Assembly: GCA_021816865.1 (NCBI GenBank)
Contig: JAKAWX010000001.1
Coordinates: 124,739-188,738 of the forward strand
DNA length: 64,000 nucleotides
DNA from: Thermoplasmata archaeon
GTDB lineage: Archaea > Thermoplasmatota > Thermoplasmata > Lutacidiplasmatales > UBA184
Reading direction: 5' to 3'
Under the pieces are notes generated by a model. It saw nothing but the letters and a program-made list of their open reading frames with translations. It did not search any database and was not told the DNA's origin. Made by a program: the position numbers and the translations under genes. The first letter of the stretch is position 1. Every line of letters starts with the position of its first letter. Below are positions 29,077-38,572 of the stretch, piece by piece.

Positions 29077-30309
29077 ATGCCGGGGGACGTCGACCGCGGG
29101 CGGCTGAAGCTCGAGTGGGCCCGGAGCCACATGCCGGTCCTCGAGGGGATCCGGCGGCGGTTCGAAGCCGAGCGGCCGTTCGCCGGCCTCACGATCTCGG
29201 CGGTGCTGCACGTCGAGGCGAAGACGTGCGCGCTCGCCCTCGCCCTCGCGGCGGGCGGGGCCGACGTGCGCTTGGCCGCGAGCAACCCCCTTTCGACCGA
29301 CGACGACGCCGTCGCCGCCGTGCGCGAGGCGGGCGTCGAAACGCTCGCCGAAAAGGGCGAGTCGGTCGCGGCGTACCGGGCGGGCGTCCGGGCGATGCTC
29401 GACGCGGACCCCGACGTGATCGTCGACGACGGCGCGGACCTGGTGGCGCTCGCCCATACGGCGCGCACCGACCGTGGCCGCATCCGGGGCTCGACGGAGG
29501 AGACGACAACCGGCGTCACGCGGTTGCGCGCGCTCGAGCGGTCGGGCCACCTGCGCTTCCCGGCGATCGACGTGAACGACGCCGAGATGAAGCACCTCTT
29601 CGACAACCGCTACGGTACGGGCCAATCCACGCTCGACGGCCTGTTCAGCGCGACGAACCTCCTCCTCGCCGGGAAGACGTGCGTCGTCGCCGGCTACGGC
29701 TGGTGCGGCAAGGGGGTCGCCGCCCGGCTGAGGGGCGTCGGCGCGGAGGTCGTCGTGACCGAGGTCGACCCGGTCCGCGGGATCGAGGCCCGTCTCGACG
29801 GTTTCCGGGTGATGCCGATGCTCGACGCCGCCCGAGAGGCCGACCTGATCGTCACGGTCACCGGCGCCACCTCCGTCGTGCGCGCCGAGCACTTCCGCGT
29901 CCTCAAGGACGGTTGCCTGCTCGCGAACTCGGGCCACTTCGACGTGGAGGTCGCGCGGACCGAGCTCGAACGCCTGTCGGTCGGGCACCGCACGGCGCGC
30001 CCGTACGTCGAGGAGTACCGGTTCGCGGACGGCCGTCGCGCGTACCTGCTCGGGGAGGGCCGGCTGATCAACCTCGCCGCGGGCCAGGGCCACCCGGTGG
30101 AGATCATGGACCTCTCCTTCGCCCTCCAGGCGCTGAGCGCCGAGCACCTCGCGAAGCACGGCGCATCGATGGAGCCGCGCGTCCACGCGGTCCCGCGCGC
30201 GCTCGACCGCTCGGTCGCGGAGGCGGCGCTCGGCCCCCTCGGTGTCCGGCTCGACACGCTCACCCCGGAACAGCTCGCCTACGTCGCCCAATGGGAAGGA
30301 GGAACCTAG
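29077..30309 (+). CDS. ahcY: adenosylhomocysteinase (S-adenosyl-L-homocysteine hydrolase)
   Basis: LEWARSHMPVL, EAKTCALALAL, EETTTGV, DNRYGTGQS, and the NAD-binding motif VVAGYGWCGKGVA. At 410 aa it is archaeal-size. A CTTTATCC box lies at 29042-29049. Confidence 0.9.
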   Translation: MPGDVDRGRLKLEWARSHMPVLEGIRRRFEAERPFAGLTISAVLHVEAKTCALALALAAGGADVRLAASNPLSTDDDAVAAVREAGVETLAEKGESVAAYRAGVRAMLDADPDVIVDDGADLVALAHTARTDRGRIRGSTEETTTGVTRLRALERSGHLRFPAIDVNDAEMKHLFDNRYGTGQSTLDGLFSATNLLLAGKTCVVAGYGWCGKGVAARLRGVGAEVVVTEVDPVRGIEARLDGFRVMPMLDAAREADLIVTVTGATSVVRAEHFRVLKDGCLLANSGHFDVEVARTELERLSVGHRTARPYVEEYRFADGRRAYLLGEGRLINLAAGQGHPVEIMDLSFALQALSAEHLAKHGASMEPRVHAVPRALDRSVAEAALGPLGVRLDTLTPEQLAYVAQWEGGT

Positions 30310-30313
30310 CGAA

Positions 30314-30709
30314 ATGACCGAAGAGAAGGTGCCCGAGGAACTGCGCTACACGAAGAGCCACGAATGGGTGCGCGTCGAGGGGGACGTCGCCACGGTCGGG
30401 ATCACCGACCACGCCCAGGGTCAGCTCACCGACATCGTCTTCGTAGACCTCCCCGCCGCCGGCCGGGTCGTGACGAAGGGCGCGACCGTCCTCGTCCTCG
30501 AGTCGGTGAAGACCGTCGCGGACGTCTACGCCCCGGGCGACGGGACGCTCGCGGAGGCGAACGCCGAGCTGAAGGCGCACCCCGAGCTCGTCAACCAGGA
30601 CCCGTACGGCCGCGGCTGGCTGTTCAAGGTGAAGCTCGCCGCGCCGATCGACGCGGCGGGGCTCCTCCGCGCGGCGGAGTACTCGGCGCACGTCGCGTCG
30701 GGCGCGTGA
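30314..30709 (+). CDS. gcvH: glycine cleavage system H protein (lipoyl carrier)
   Basis: YTKSHEWVRVEGDVATVGITDHAQ and the lipoyl-lysine context VLESVKTVADVYAP. I used the ATG at 30314. Track ORF starts at 30242. Confidence 0.85.
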   Translation: MTEEKVPEELRYTKSHEWVRVEGDVATVGITDHAQGQLTDIVFVDLPAAGRVVTKGATVLVLESVKTVADVYAPGDGTLAEANAELKAHPELVNQDPYGRGWLFKVKLAAPIDAAGLLRAAEYSAHVASGA

Positions 30710-30838
30710 CGCGCCCGCCGAACCGAGCGGACCGCGGACCCTTCGGAATCCCCGCCGGGGGGAGCCGCGGTCCGAGGGACGGGTCGGGGGAGGGGCCGGC
30801 GGCCCGGCGAAGGGCGCCGGGTCTTCGACGCCCGGCCC

Positions 30839-32707
30839 TTACTTGCCCGCGAACTTCGGGGGTCGGCGCTCGAGAAAGGCCCGCATCCCCTCGCCGCGGT
30901 CCTCGGTCCCGAAAGTGTGGCCCGCGCTCTCGGCCTCGAGATGGAGCGCGCTCGCGAGCGACGCGTCGAGTCCCCGGTCGATCACCTGCTTGACCCACCG
31001 TACACCGAGAGGGGCGCGGCTCGCGATCGTCGCGGCGAGGGCGCGCACCTCGTCCCGCGCGGTCGCGGCCGGGACGACCCGGACGACGAACCCCATCCGG
31101 TGCGCTTCCTCGGCGCTCACCGGACCGCCGGTGTAGACGAGGAGCTTGGTGCGGGCCCGGCCGATGAGCCGCGTGAGCCGCGTCGCCCCGCCCATGCCGG
31201 GATGGATCCCGACGGTGACCTCGGGAAGCCCGAGTCGGGCGTCGTCCGCCGCCACGATGAAGTCCGCCGCGAGGGCGAGCTCGAGGCCCCCCCCGAGCGC
31301 GAACCCCTCGACCAACGCGATCACGGGCGTGGGGAACCGTTCGATCCGCTCGGCGACGCGCTGGCCCTGGAAGCCGAACGCCACGCCTTCGGCAAGCGTC
31401 TTTCGCTCCATCTCCGCGATGTCGGCCCCGGCGGCGAACACCGGCGACGAGCCCGCGAGCACCACCGCGCGCAGCTCGGCCTCGCCCTCGAGCGCGCGGA
31501 ACGTCGCGTCGAGCTGGTCGAGCAGCGCCGCGTTCAGCGCGTTCAGGACCTCGGGCCGGTCGAGGAGGACCCACGCCACCGGACCGTCGCGCTCGACCCG
31601 CACGTAGGAGAGCGGCCAGCGCGCCTCCCCCCGGCCGGCCCGCTCCCCAAGCTCCCGCGCGACCGGGAACTGCCCCGGCCAGCGGCCGGCGTACTCCGTC
31701 ACGAGCTCGAGCCCCTTCGCGAGGCCGAGCTCGGAGAGCTGCGCGAACGGCCCGACGGAGCGACGCAGGCCGACGACGGCGCCTCGGTCCGTCGCTTCGG
31801 CGCTCGCGACCCCCTCCTCCACGAGACGGGTCGCGATGCCGATCGTGAGTCCGAGGAGGCGTCGCCGCACCGCCTCCTTCTTCTCGGGCTCGACCGCGGA
31901 CTCCTTCCACGGCCACGGGGCGCCCCGGGCGAACTGGGATTCGAGCCGCTTCGAGGGAGCGTACGCCGGCCCGAACGCGCGGTGGAGCGACGACTGGGCG
32001 TGGAACGCGATCGGGATCCCCGTGACGTTCATCAGCTCGAACGGCCCGAGCGTCGCGCCGAAGAGTTCCCGGCCGACCTCTTCGATCGTCGCGAGGCTCG
32101 CGACGCCCTCCTCGGCGAGTCGGGCGGACTCGTTGAGGTACGGGACGAAGAATCGGTTCACGCAGAACCCCGCCCGGTCGGCGGTCTCGATCGGGATCTT
32201 GCGGAGGAGGTAGCAGAACCGCTCAAGCTCGTCGAGCGTCGTTTGGTCGGTCTCGGCGCCGCCAACGATCTCGACGAGCCGGTTGATCGCCGCGGGGAAG
32301 AAGAAGTGGAGGCCCGCGAACCGACCGGGGGCGGGGAATCCGCGCGCGAGCTCGGTGACCGAGAGGGACGAGGTGTTGGTGACCACGAGCGCGTCGGGAG
32401 CGACGAGCGGAGCGACCTCCGAGAAGAGGGTCCGCTTCGCCTCCGCGTCCTCGAAGACAGCCTCGACCACGAGCGCGGCGTCCCGCACGGCCTCGGCGAG
32501 GTCCGTGCCGAACGTGATCCGCCCGAGGATCTCCTCCCGACGCGCGGGGGTCATCTTCTGACGCTGGACCGCCCCGGCGAGCGTCTTCTCGAGGAGACCG
32601 CGGCCGCGGTCGATCGACCGGGCGTCGACGTCCCGCACGCGCACACGGAATCCCGCCTGCGCGCAGGCCTGCGCGATGCCGTTGCCCATGTTGCCGCCGC
32701 CGAGCAC
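30839..32707 (-). CDS. fused 3-hydroxyacyl-CoA dehydrogenase (N-terminal) / enoyl-CoA hydratase (C-terminal)
   Basis: The N-terminal Rossmann motif LGGGNMGNGIAQ is followed by HADH C-terminal repeats. The C-terminal crotonase part has LNALN, FAAGADI and GGGLELALA. The GTG start sits right at the Rossmann strand, so the true start is uncertain. Confidence 0.85.
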   Translation of the reverse strand: MLGGGNMGNGIAQACAQAGFRVRVRDVDARSIDRGRGLLEKTLAGAVQRQKMTPARREEILGRITFGTDLAEAVRDAALVVEAVFEDAEAKRTLFSEVAPLVAPDALVVTNTSSLSVTELARGFPAPGRFAGLHFFFPAAINRLVEIVGGAETDQTTLDELERFCYLLRKIPIETADRAGFCVNRFFVPYLNESARLAEEGVASLATIEEVGRELFGATLGPFELMNVTGIPIAFHAQSSLHRAFGPAYAPSKRLESQFARGAPWPWKESAVEPEKKEAVRRRLLGLTIGIATRLVEEGVASAEATDRGAVVGLRRSVGPFAQLSELGLAKGLELVTEYAGRWPGQFPVARELGERAGRGEARWPLSYVRVERDGPVAWVLLDRPEVLNALNAALLDQLDATFRALEGEAELRAVVLAGSSPVFAAGADIAEMERKTLAEGVAFGFQGQRVAERIERFPTPVIALVEGFALGGGLELALAADFIVAADDARLGLPEVTVGIHPGMGGATRLTRLIGRARTKLLVYTGGPVSAEEAHRMGFVVRVVPAATARDEVRALAATIASRAPLGVRWVKQVIDRGLDASLASALHLEAESAGHTFGTEDRGEGMRAFLERRPPKFAGK

Positions 32708-32871
32708 GGCGACGGACTTCGGAGGGCGCAGCGGGGTCGCGGTCGTGAGTTTCCCCTCGGAGCGGGGGCTCCGTCACCGAGGCAGGAGAGCCCGCACTTA
32801 ACCGTTGTCGCGCCGGCGCGCGTCGCGGGCCTTCCGGGGCTCCCGCCGGACCCCTCCCGCGGACCCCACCG

Positions 32872-33771
32872 GTGGCGGGGATTCCCCTTTTAGGCCCGGC
32901 CCCATCGAGGGGCGTGGACGGCGCGGATGTCGACCGAGCGGCGGCGGGGGCGCTCGAGGCCGACCGACGGTTCGTCATCTCGCTCGGCGGCTACGCGCTC
33001 GAGATCGCGGGCGCAACGCTCGTCACGCACGAAAAGGTCCCCGTTCCCCGGTTCAATTTTGTCGAGGCGTACGGGGTCGGTGCGGAACGACAGACCGCGT
33101 TCTTCGAGCGGGCGCTCGACCACTACTTCCAGCGGGCCCTTCGTCCGACGTTCCGGGTCCCCGAGCCGGTCCCCGGCCATCTCGACGCGGGGCTCCGCCG
33201 GTTCGGGTTCGCCCCGCGGTCGTCGCCGCTCGTCCTTCTCCTCTCGACCGGCGAGCGACCCGACCCGCTCGGGCCGACGGTCGACGTGCGTCCGGCGATC
33301 GCGGGTGAGCTCGACCAAGTCGCGGCGTTCTGGGCGTCGGAGCGCGAGCGGCCCGAGCTCCGGAGCGCGCTCGACGTCGTCCTGAGCCACCCGAATCCCC
33401 ACGAGCGCCTCGCGGCCCTGCTGGCCCGCATCGGGGAGGAGCCGGTCGCGAGCGCCCTCGTTTACCGACACCGTGACGTTGCCGGGATCCACGCGGTCGC
33501 GACGCGCCCTGAGGCGCGCGGGCAAGGCGCGGCATCGGCGATCGTCCGATACGCGCTCGAGCGCGACCCGGTCGGACCCGGGGCCCGCTACTCGATCTTT
33601 GCCGATTCGCCCCGCCTCGAGCGACGGCTGGGCCGTCTCGGCTTTCGCCCGGCGCTCTCGTTCCGGCAGTACGACCTTCCCGCGGGCGCCGAGCTCGCGA
33701 TCCCGCCCGTCGGACCCCGGACGCCTCCCCGGTGGCGACCCCCTCGGGGCGGGACCGGCCCCAGGGGTTGA
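32872..33771 (+). CDS. GNAT family N-acetyltransferase (predicted)
   Basis: The acetyl-CoA binding-like segment VATRPEARGQGAASAIVRYAL precedes GFRP. The start is uncertain. An alternative is the GTG at 32914, downstream of a CTTTTAGG box. Confidence 0.55.
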   Translation: MAGIPLLGPAPSRGVDGADVDRAAAGALEADRRFVISLGGYALEIAGATLVTHEKVPVPRFNFVEAYGVGAERQTAFFERALDHYFQRALRPTFRVPEPVPGHLDAGLRRFGFAPRSSPLVLLLSTGERPDPLGPTVDVRPAIAGELDQVAAFWASERERPELRSALDVVLSHPNPHERLAALLARIGEEPVASALVYRHRDVAGIHAVATRPEARGQGAASAIVRYALERDPVGPGARYSIFADSPRLERRLGRLGFRPALSFRQYDLPAGAELAIPPVGPRTPPRWRPPRGGTGPRG

Positions 33772-33808
33772 CGGCCGACCTGGGCGGACGACCTGCCGGG
33801 GCCGCTCC

Positions 33809-36166
33809 TTACGCGCGCGACCGCAGGCTCGCGAGCTTCATCCGCTGCTCGAGCGACGCGATCGTGCGGATCGTCGAGAGGACCGTGTCGGCGTTCAGCG
33901 AGATCGAATCGATCCCTTCGCCGACGAGGAACTCCGCGAACTCGGGATAGACGCTCGGCCCCTGGCCGCAGATCCCGACCGTCCGTCCCTCCGCGTGCGC
34001 CCCTTCGATGAGCAGGGAGATCGCGCGGAGCACCGCGGGGTCGCGCTCGTCGAAATATCCCATCCGACCGAGGGTCTCGGAGTCGCGGTCGGCCCCGAGA
34101 ACGAGCTGGGTAAGGTCGTTCGACCCGATCGAGAACCCGTCACAGTGCTTCGAGAACTCGCGGGCGAGGAGGACCGTGGACGGGACCTCCGCCATGAGGT
34201 ACAGCTGGAAGTCGCGGGAGCGGCGGAGGCCGTGGGCCTTCATCATCTCGGCGATCTCCTCGAGCTCCCAGGTGTTCCGGACGAACGGAAGCATGACCAT
34301 GGCGTTCTTGAGGCCCATCTCCGTCCGCACGCGGTGGATCGCCTCGAGCTCGCAGAGGAACGCCGGCTTGTAGACCGGGGAAATGTAGCGCGAACAGCCG
34401 CGCCACCCGATCATCGGGTTCTCTTCCTGCGGCTCGAACTCTTCGCCGCCCGGCATTCCGCGGTACTCGTTCGTCTTGAAGTCGGAGGTCCGGATGATCA
34501 CGGGCCGAGGGTGGAACGCCTGGCAGACCTTGCCGATCCCGTCGGCGAGTCGCCGCACGAGCTCGTCCTTCTTCCCCTTCTTCAGGAGCGCGAGCGGGTG
34601 CTCGCGGATGTGCGCGGTGAAGATGAACTCGATGCGCAGGAGGCCCACTCCGCCCACCGGCAGGCGGGCGTACTCCTCCGCCTTCTCGGGGACTCCGACG
34701 TTGACGTAGATCTTGGTCGCCGTGACCGGTACTCCGGCGTGGCCGTGCGAGTGGTCGAGGACACCGCCGGCCGGGACGGTCCCGGACGGTTCGGCCGCGC
34801 TCGCGCCCGCCGGGCCTTTGCGGACGATCCCCTTGTAGACCGCGCCGGTCTTCCCGTCGACCGTCACCTCCATGCCTTCGGTGATCAGGGTCGTCGCTTC
34901 GCGCGTCCCGACCACGCACGGTACGCCGAGCTCGCGCGAGACGATCGCCGCGTGGCAGGTCATCCCGCCCTCGTCCGTGACGATCGCCGCGGCCCGGGAC
35001 ATCGCCGGCACCATGTCCGGCGTCGTCATCGAAGTGACGAGGATCTCGCGATCCTTGAGATGCTCCATCTCCGCGGCGCCGCGCAGGATCCGGGCCACGC
35101 CCGACGCGATCCCCGGGCTCGCCCCGAAGCCCCGCAGGAACGGCCCTTCGCCGCCCTTCCCGTCGGTGCTCTCGCCCGCGCGTTCGGCCTTCGCTCCCGG
35201 TGCTGTGGACGTAGGTATGGTCGTCACGGGTCGTGCCTGCACGATGTAGAGCGAGTCGGCGTCGCCGCACCACTCGACGTCCATCGGGCGCCGGTAGTGC
35301 GATTCGATGAGGCGGGCGAGCGAGACGAGCCGCTGGAGGCGGTGGTCGGGGAGCTTCTGGGCTTTGCGGTCCGCGGCCGGGACGTCCTCCCGGCGGTTCC
35401 CGCCGCCTTCGGCCCGAACGATCCTCACCCTCTGTTCGGAGAGCTGCTTGTGGACGATCTTCTGGGTCGCGCCGTCGATGACGTAGTGGTCGGGCGTGAC
35501 CTCGCCGCCGACGATCGCCTCGCCGAGGCCGTAGCCGGCTTCGACGATCATGTGGTTCTCGCCGGTGTTCGGGTCCCGCGTGAAGAGGATCCCGCTGACG
35601 GTCGCATCGACCATCTTCTGGACGAGCACGGCCAGCCGGACATCGGCGTGGTCGAACCCCTTCTTCTGACGGTAGACCAGGACGCGCGGGGTGAAGAGGG
35701 AGCCCCAGCACTTGCGGACGGAGGCGAGCACGTCGTCGACGCCCGCAACGTTGAGATACGTCTCCTGGAGCCCGGCGAACGACGCGCCCTCCAGGTCCTC
35801 CGCGGTCGAGCTCGAGCGCACCGCCGAGAAGCGCACGTCGTGCCGGGCGACGTACGCCTCGTACGCCTCCGCGATCTGGCGGCGCAAGGCCTCGGGGTAC
35901 TCGATCGACTCAAAGAGGCTTCGGATCCGGTTCGACGCCGCCACACCCGTCTCGGGCCGGCTCGGATCGATCGTGGCGAGCGCCGCGGGGATCTCGCGCT
36001 GAAGCGCCGTCGCATCGACGAACGCCCGGTAGGCGTCGGTCGTCACGACGAACCCGGGCGGGACCGGGAGCCCCTGCCGGACGAGCTCCCCGAGCTTGCA
36101 CGCCTTCCCCCCGACGAGCGGCAGGTCGGTGTCGGAGACGGTCGCGAGGTCCACGATGAACGGCAT
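33809..36166 (-). CDS. ppsA: phosphoenolpyruvate synthase (pyruvate, water dikinase)
   Basis: LVGGKACKLGEL, the phosphohistidine region GGMTCHAAIVSRELGVPCVVG, and the PEP-utilising C-terminal GSNDLTQ. Length 785 aa. Confidence 0.9.
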   Translation of the reverse strand: MPFIVDLATVSDTDLPLVGGKACKLGELVRQGLPVPPGFVVTTDAYRAFVDATALQREIPAALATIDPSRPETGVAASNRIRSLFESIEYPEALRRQIAEAYEAYVARHDVRFSAVRSSSTAEDLEGASFAGLQETYLNVAGVDDVLASVRKCWGSLFTPRVLVYRQKKGFDHADVRLAVLVQKMVDATVSGILFTRDPNTGENHMIVEAGYGLGEAIVGGEVTPDHYVIDGATQKIVHKQLSEQRVRIVRAEGGGNRREDVPAADRKAQKLPDHRLQRLVSLARLIESHYRRPMDVEWCGDADSLYIVQARPVTTIPTSTAPGAKAERAGESTDGKGGEGPFLRGFGASPGIASGVARILRGAAEMEHLKDREILVTSMTTPDMVPAMSRAAAIVTDEGGMTCHAAIVSRELGVPCVVGTREATTLITEGMEVTVDGKTGAVYKGIVRKGPAGASAAEPSGTVPAGGVLDHSHGHAGVPVTATKIYVNVGVPEKAEEYARLPVGGVGLLRIEFIFTAHIREHPLALLKKGKKDELVRRLADGIGKVCQAFHPRPVIIRTSDFKTNEYRGMPGGEEFEPQEENPMIGWRGCSRYISPVYKPAFLCELEAIHRVRTEMGLKNAMVMLPFVRNTWELEEIAEMMKAHGLRRSRDFQLYLMAEVPSTVLLAREFSKHCDGFSIGSNDLTQLVLGADRDSETLGRMGYFDERDPAVLRAISLLIEGAHAEGRTVGICGQGPSVYPEFAEFLVGEGIDSISLNADTVLSTIRTIASLEQRMKLASLRSRA

Positions 36167-36176
36167 GCCGACCGCC

Positions 36177-37199
36177 CTAGGCCCGCCCGCGCTCGAAGAC
36201 GTAAGCGACGAGGTCGGACGCCGGTGAGTAGGGATGCACGACGTGAGTGTCCGCCCGCGTCCAGGTGCCCTTCGGTCCGAGCGACTCCACGACCCCCTCC
36301 GTCCTCCGTTCGAGGTCCGTCCGGGGAGTTACCTCATAGTAGTAGAGCCTCCCCCGAGGCGCGACCGTCCGTGCCACCGACGGTAGGTACTTAATCCCTT
36401 CGAGAGGAAGGTTCAGGATGACCTTCTCGCGGGGTTCCGCGCTCGGGGTGTACGACTCGAGCGACGCTTCGACCGGCTCGACGAGGCGCGCGTTCCGGGC
36501 ACGGAGGAGCGACGCGCGCAAAAGCTCGATCGCGGCCGGATTCGCGTCGACGGCGGTCAGCTGCCGGGCGCGCCCGTCGCGCGCGATGGTGAGCGCGAAC
36601 GGGCCGACGCCGCAACAGAAGTCGTACACGCGGTCCCCCTCGGCGACCTCGGAGGCGACGCGCCGGTGCTCCCGGGCGAGCCGGGGAGAGAAGTAGGCTC
36701 GTTCGACATCGACCTCGATCTCGATCCCGTTCTCCCGGTGCCGCGTCCTCCAACCCCCCGAGCCGGCGATCCTCTCGACCGAACGCCGCCGTTCCGCGCC
36801 CTGGACCCCGTGGTCGAGCCCCACCACGCGGGCCCCCGGGACGAACCCGAGCAGGGCCTCGCCGACCTCGGAGCGGAGCGGCCGGAGCTCGTCGGCCAGC
36901 CGGACGAGCACGATGTCGCCGACCACGTCGAACGACCGGGGCAGTAGGGCCTTCGCGTCCGACGTCCAGGCGAGCCGGTCCCGATAGCCGGACGGACCCG
37001 CGGGCCCGAACGGGCGGAACTCGAACGGAGCGGGCGTTCCGACGCCGTCGGGGACGGAGGCTCCTTCTACGAGAGGAAAGACGATCGTGTCCGCCTCGCG
37101 CGCGATCTCGAGGTCGGTACGGAGGGCTCCGGACCCGCGCAACGCCCGCCGCACCTCTTCGCCCCGCTCGCGGGGCACCCGGAGCCCGGGGGCGATCAT
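36177..37199 (-). CDS. trm5: Met-10+ family tRNA methyltransferase (Trm5 m1G37, or Taw2-like)
   Basis: FSPRLAREHRRV, the SAM motif VYDFCCGVGPFAL, and the NLP motif (VILNLPLEG). I cannot separate Trm5 from Taw2 by eye. Confidence 0.7.
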   Translation of the reverse strand: MIAPGLRVPRERGEEVRRALRGSGALRTDLEIAREADTIVFPLVEGASVPDGVGTPAPFEFRPFGPAGPSGYRDRLAWTSDAKALLPRSFDVVGDIVLVRLADELRPLRSEVGEALLGFVPGARVVGLDHGVQGAERRRSVERIAGSGGWRTRHRENGIEIEVDVERAYFSPRLAREHRRVASEVAEGDRVYDFCCGVGPFALTIARDGRARQLTAVDANPAAIELLRASLLRARNARLVEPVEASLESYTPSAEPREKVILNLPLEGIKYLPSVARTVAPRGRLYYYEVTPRTDLERRTEGVVESLGPKGTWTRADTHVVHPYSPASDLVAYVFERGRA

Positions 37200-38536
37200 G
37201 CCGAGGGGGGCGAGCCCGGGGCCGGGGCCAGGAGGAGCTCGAGGACCTCCGACCCCTTTCGGGTACCGAGCGACCCCTTCGCGGCGTTCGATTCGCCGAA
37301 CTTCCCCGAACCGGGGGGCGGTGCGGCGGCGACTCCCGCGCCGACGAGAAGGAGCGGCACCGGGTCGTCGGAGTGTCCCTTGAGGATCGACGGCGTCGCG
37401 TGGTCCGCCGTAACGGCCAATCGCACCCGGGCGAGGTCGAGGCCCGACAGGAACGGGCCGAAGAACGACCGGTCGATCGCCTCGACGATCTCCTGCTTGA
37501 GGAGCGCGTTCCCGTCGTGCCCGGGCTCGTCGGGGCCTTTCAGGTGCACGTAGACGAACGGGTACTTCTCAAGGAGGCGAACGGTACGTTCGGCGCGCTC
37601 GCGGTAGCCGGCGTCCCGGTCGGCTCCCATCGGGCCTACATACTCGTCCGCGAGCCCGAGGACGCGGGCGATCCCTCTCTCGACCGGCATTTCGGTCAGG
37701 GCCGCCCCCGGGCGGCCGTGCTTCTCCGCGAACGGCATCGGCCGCCGCCCGGCGAGCGCGCCCGCGTTCCGGACCAGGAGCGCGTTGGCGATCCGTTTCC
37801 CGCCGAGGGCCCGCCGGGCGTTCACGCGGTGACCGGCGAGCAGCGCGGCCGCGCGGTCGAGGAAGAGGTTGACCGCCTCCGCCGTTCTTCGGGCCTCCGG
37901 GGTTTCGCGGAGAGGCTCCGTACGAAGGATCGTCGGGTTTTCGGGGCGGCGCGCGTGGCCCATCCCGCCGACCTTCTCGTAGAACGGGTCCGAGTTGGAG
38001 ATGTCGGGCGATAGGGCGCCTCCGCTCGCGGGGCTCAGCCAAAGGATTCCCCGGTGGCCCACGGTCGCGCGGACCTCCGCCCGGATGCCGAGGTCCCCGA
38101 CCAGGTCGGCGTCGGTGAGCCCGCGCGCGAGCTCGGCGGCCTCGTTCGTGGAGAGGGAGCGACCCACCCGCGAGTCGAGGATGGCGCCGTTTCCTTCGGC
38201 GGTGGCGAAATTGAGCCGCAGCGCCACGTCGCCCGGAGCGAGCGGGATCTCGGCCCCCAGCGCCTCGAGCACCCCCCGGCCGGGAGAGTCCCGTATCGGG
38301 TCGTAGCCGAGAAGCGCGAAGACGCCCGCGTCCGATTCGGGGGCGACGCCCGGTCCCACGACCACGACCTCACCCGAGGCGCCGCGCCGCACAAGACCGT
38401 CGAGGTGGGGGGTCGTCGCGGCCTCGACCGGGCTCCGGCCCCCGGTGGCTGGGTGGGGCCGATCTCCCAGGCCGTCGAGCACGACGAGGACGCTCGAGAA
38501 CGCGGTCGGAGAGCCGGGCGCGCCGGTCGTACGCAT
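37196..38536 (-). CDS. apgM: 2,3-bisphosphoglycerate-independent phosphoglycerate mutase, archaeal type
   Basis: VLVVLDGLGDRP...TPHLDGL, VYVHLKGPDEPGHDG, VTADHATP. There is a 4-nt overlap with the trm5 start. Confidence 0.85.
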   Translation of the reverse strand: MRTTGAPGSPTAFSSVLVVLDGLGDRPHPATGGRSPVEAATTPHLDGLVRRGASGEVVVVGPGVAPESDAGVFALLGYDPIRDSPGRGVLEALGAEIPLAPGDVALRLNFATAEGNGAILDSRVGRSLSTNEAAELARGLTDADLVGDLGIRAEVRATVGHRGILWLSPASGGALSPDISNSDPFYEKVGGMGHARRPENPTILRTEPLRETPEARRTAEAVNLFLDRAAALLAGHRVNARRALGGKRIANALLVRNAGALAGRRPMPFAEKHGRPGAALTEMPVERGIARVLGLADEYVGPMGADRDAGYRERAERTVRLLEKYPFVYVHLKGPDEPGHDGNALLKQEIVEAIDRSFFGPFLSGLDLARVRLAVTADHATPSILKGHSDDPVPLLLVGAGVAAAPPPGSGKFGESNAAKGSLGTRKGSEVLELLLAPAPGSPPSA

Positions 38537-38538
38537 TT

Positions 38539-38546
38539 CTTAATAA
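38539..38546 (+). promoter_or_regulatory. TATA-like box CTTAATAA about 30 nt upstream of the GTG at 38573
   Basis: An AT-rich octamer in a GC-rich spacer, divergent from apgM. Confidence 0.4.
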
Positions 38547-38572
38547 GGAGCGGTCGGCCTTCCCCCCGTCCC

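Noticed and set aside
33473-36394. Very long antisense ORFs are present, for example 973 aa here, 1813-3471 (-), 13813-15786 (-), 16866-18617 (-), 6802-8448 (-) and 45314-47209 beyond 46138.
   Set aside because: All are Arg/Gly/Pro/Asp/Glu-rich translations opposite well-supported genes (ppsA, SSS, tgtA, kae1/GGR, ABC/CopA, fen). These are classic GC-rich shadow ORFs.
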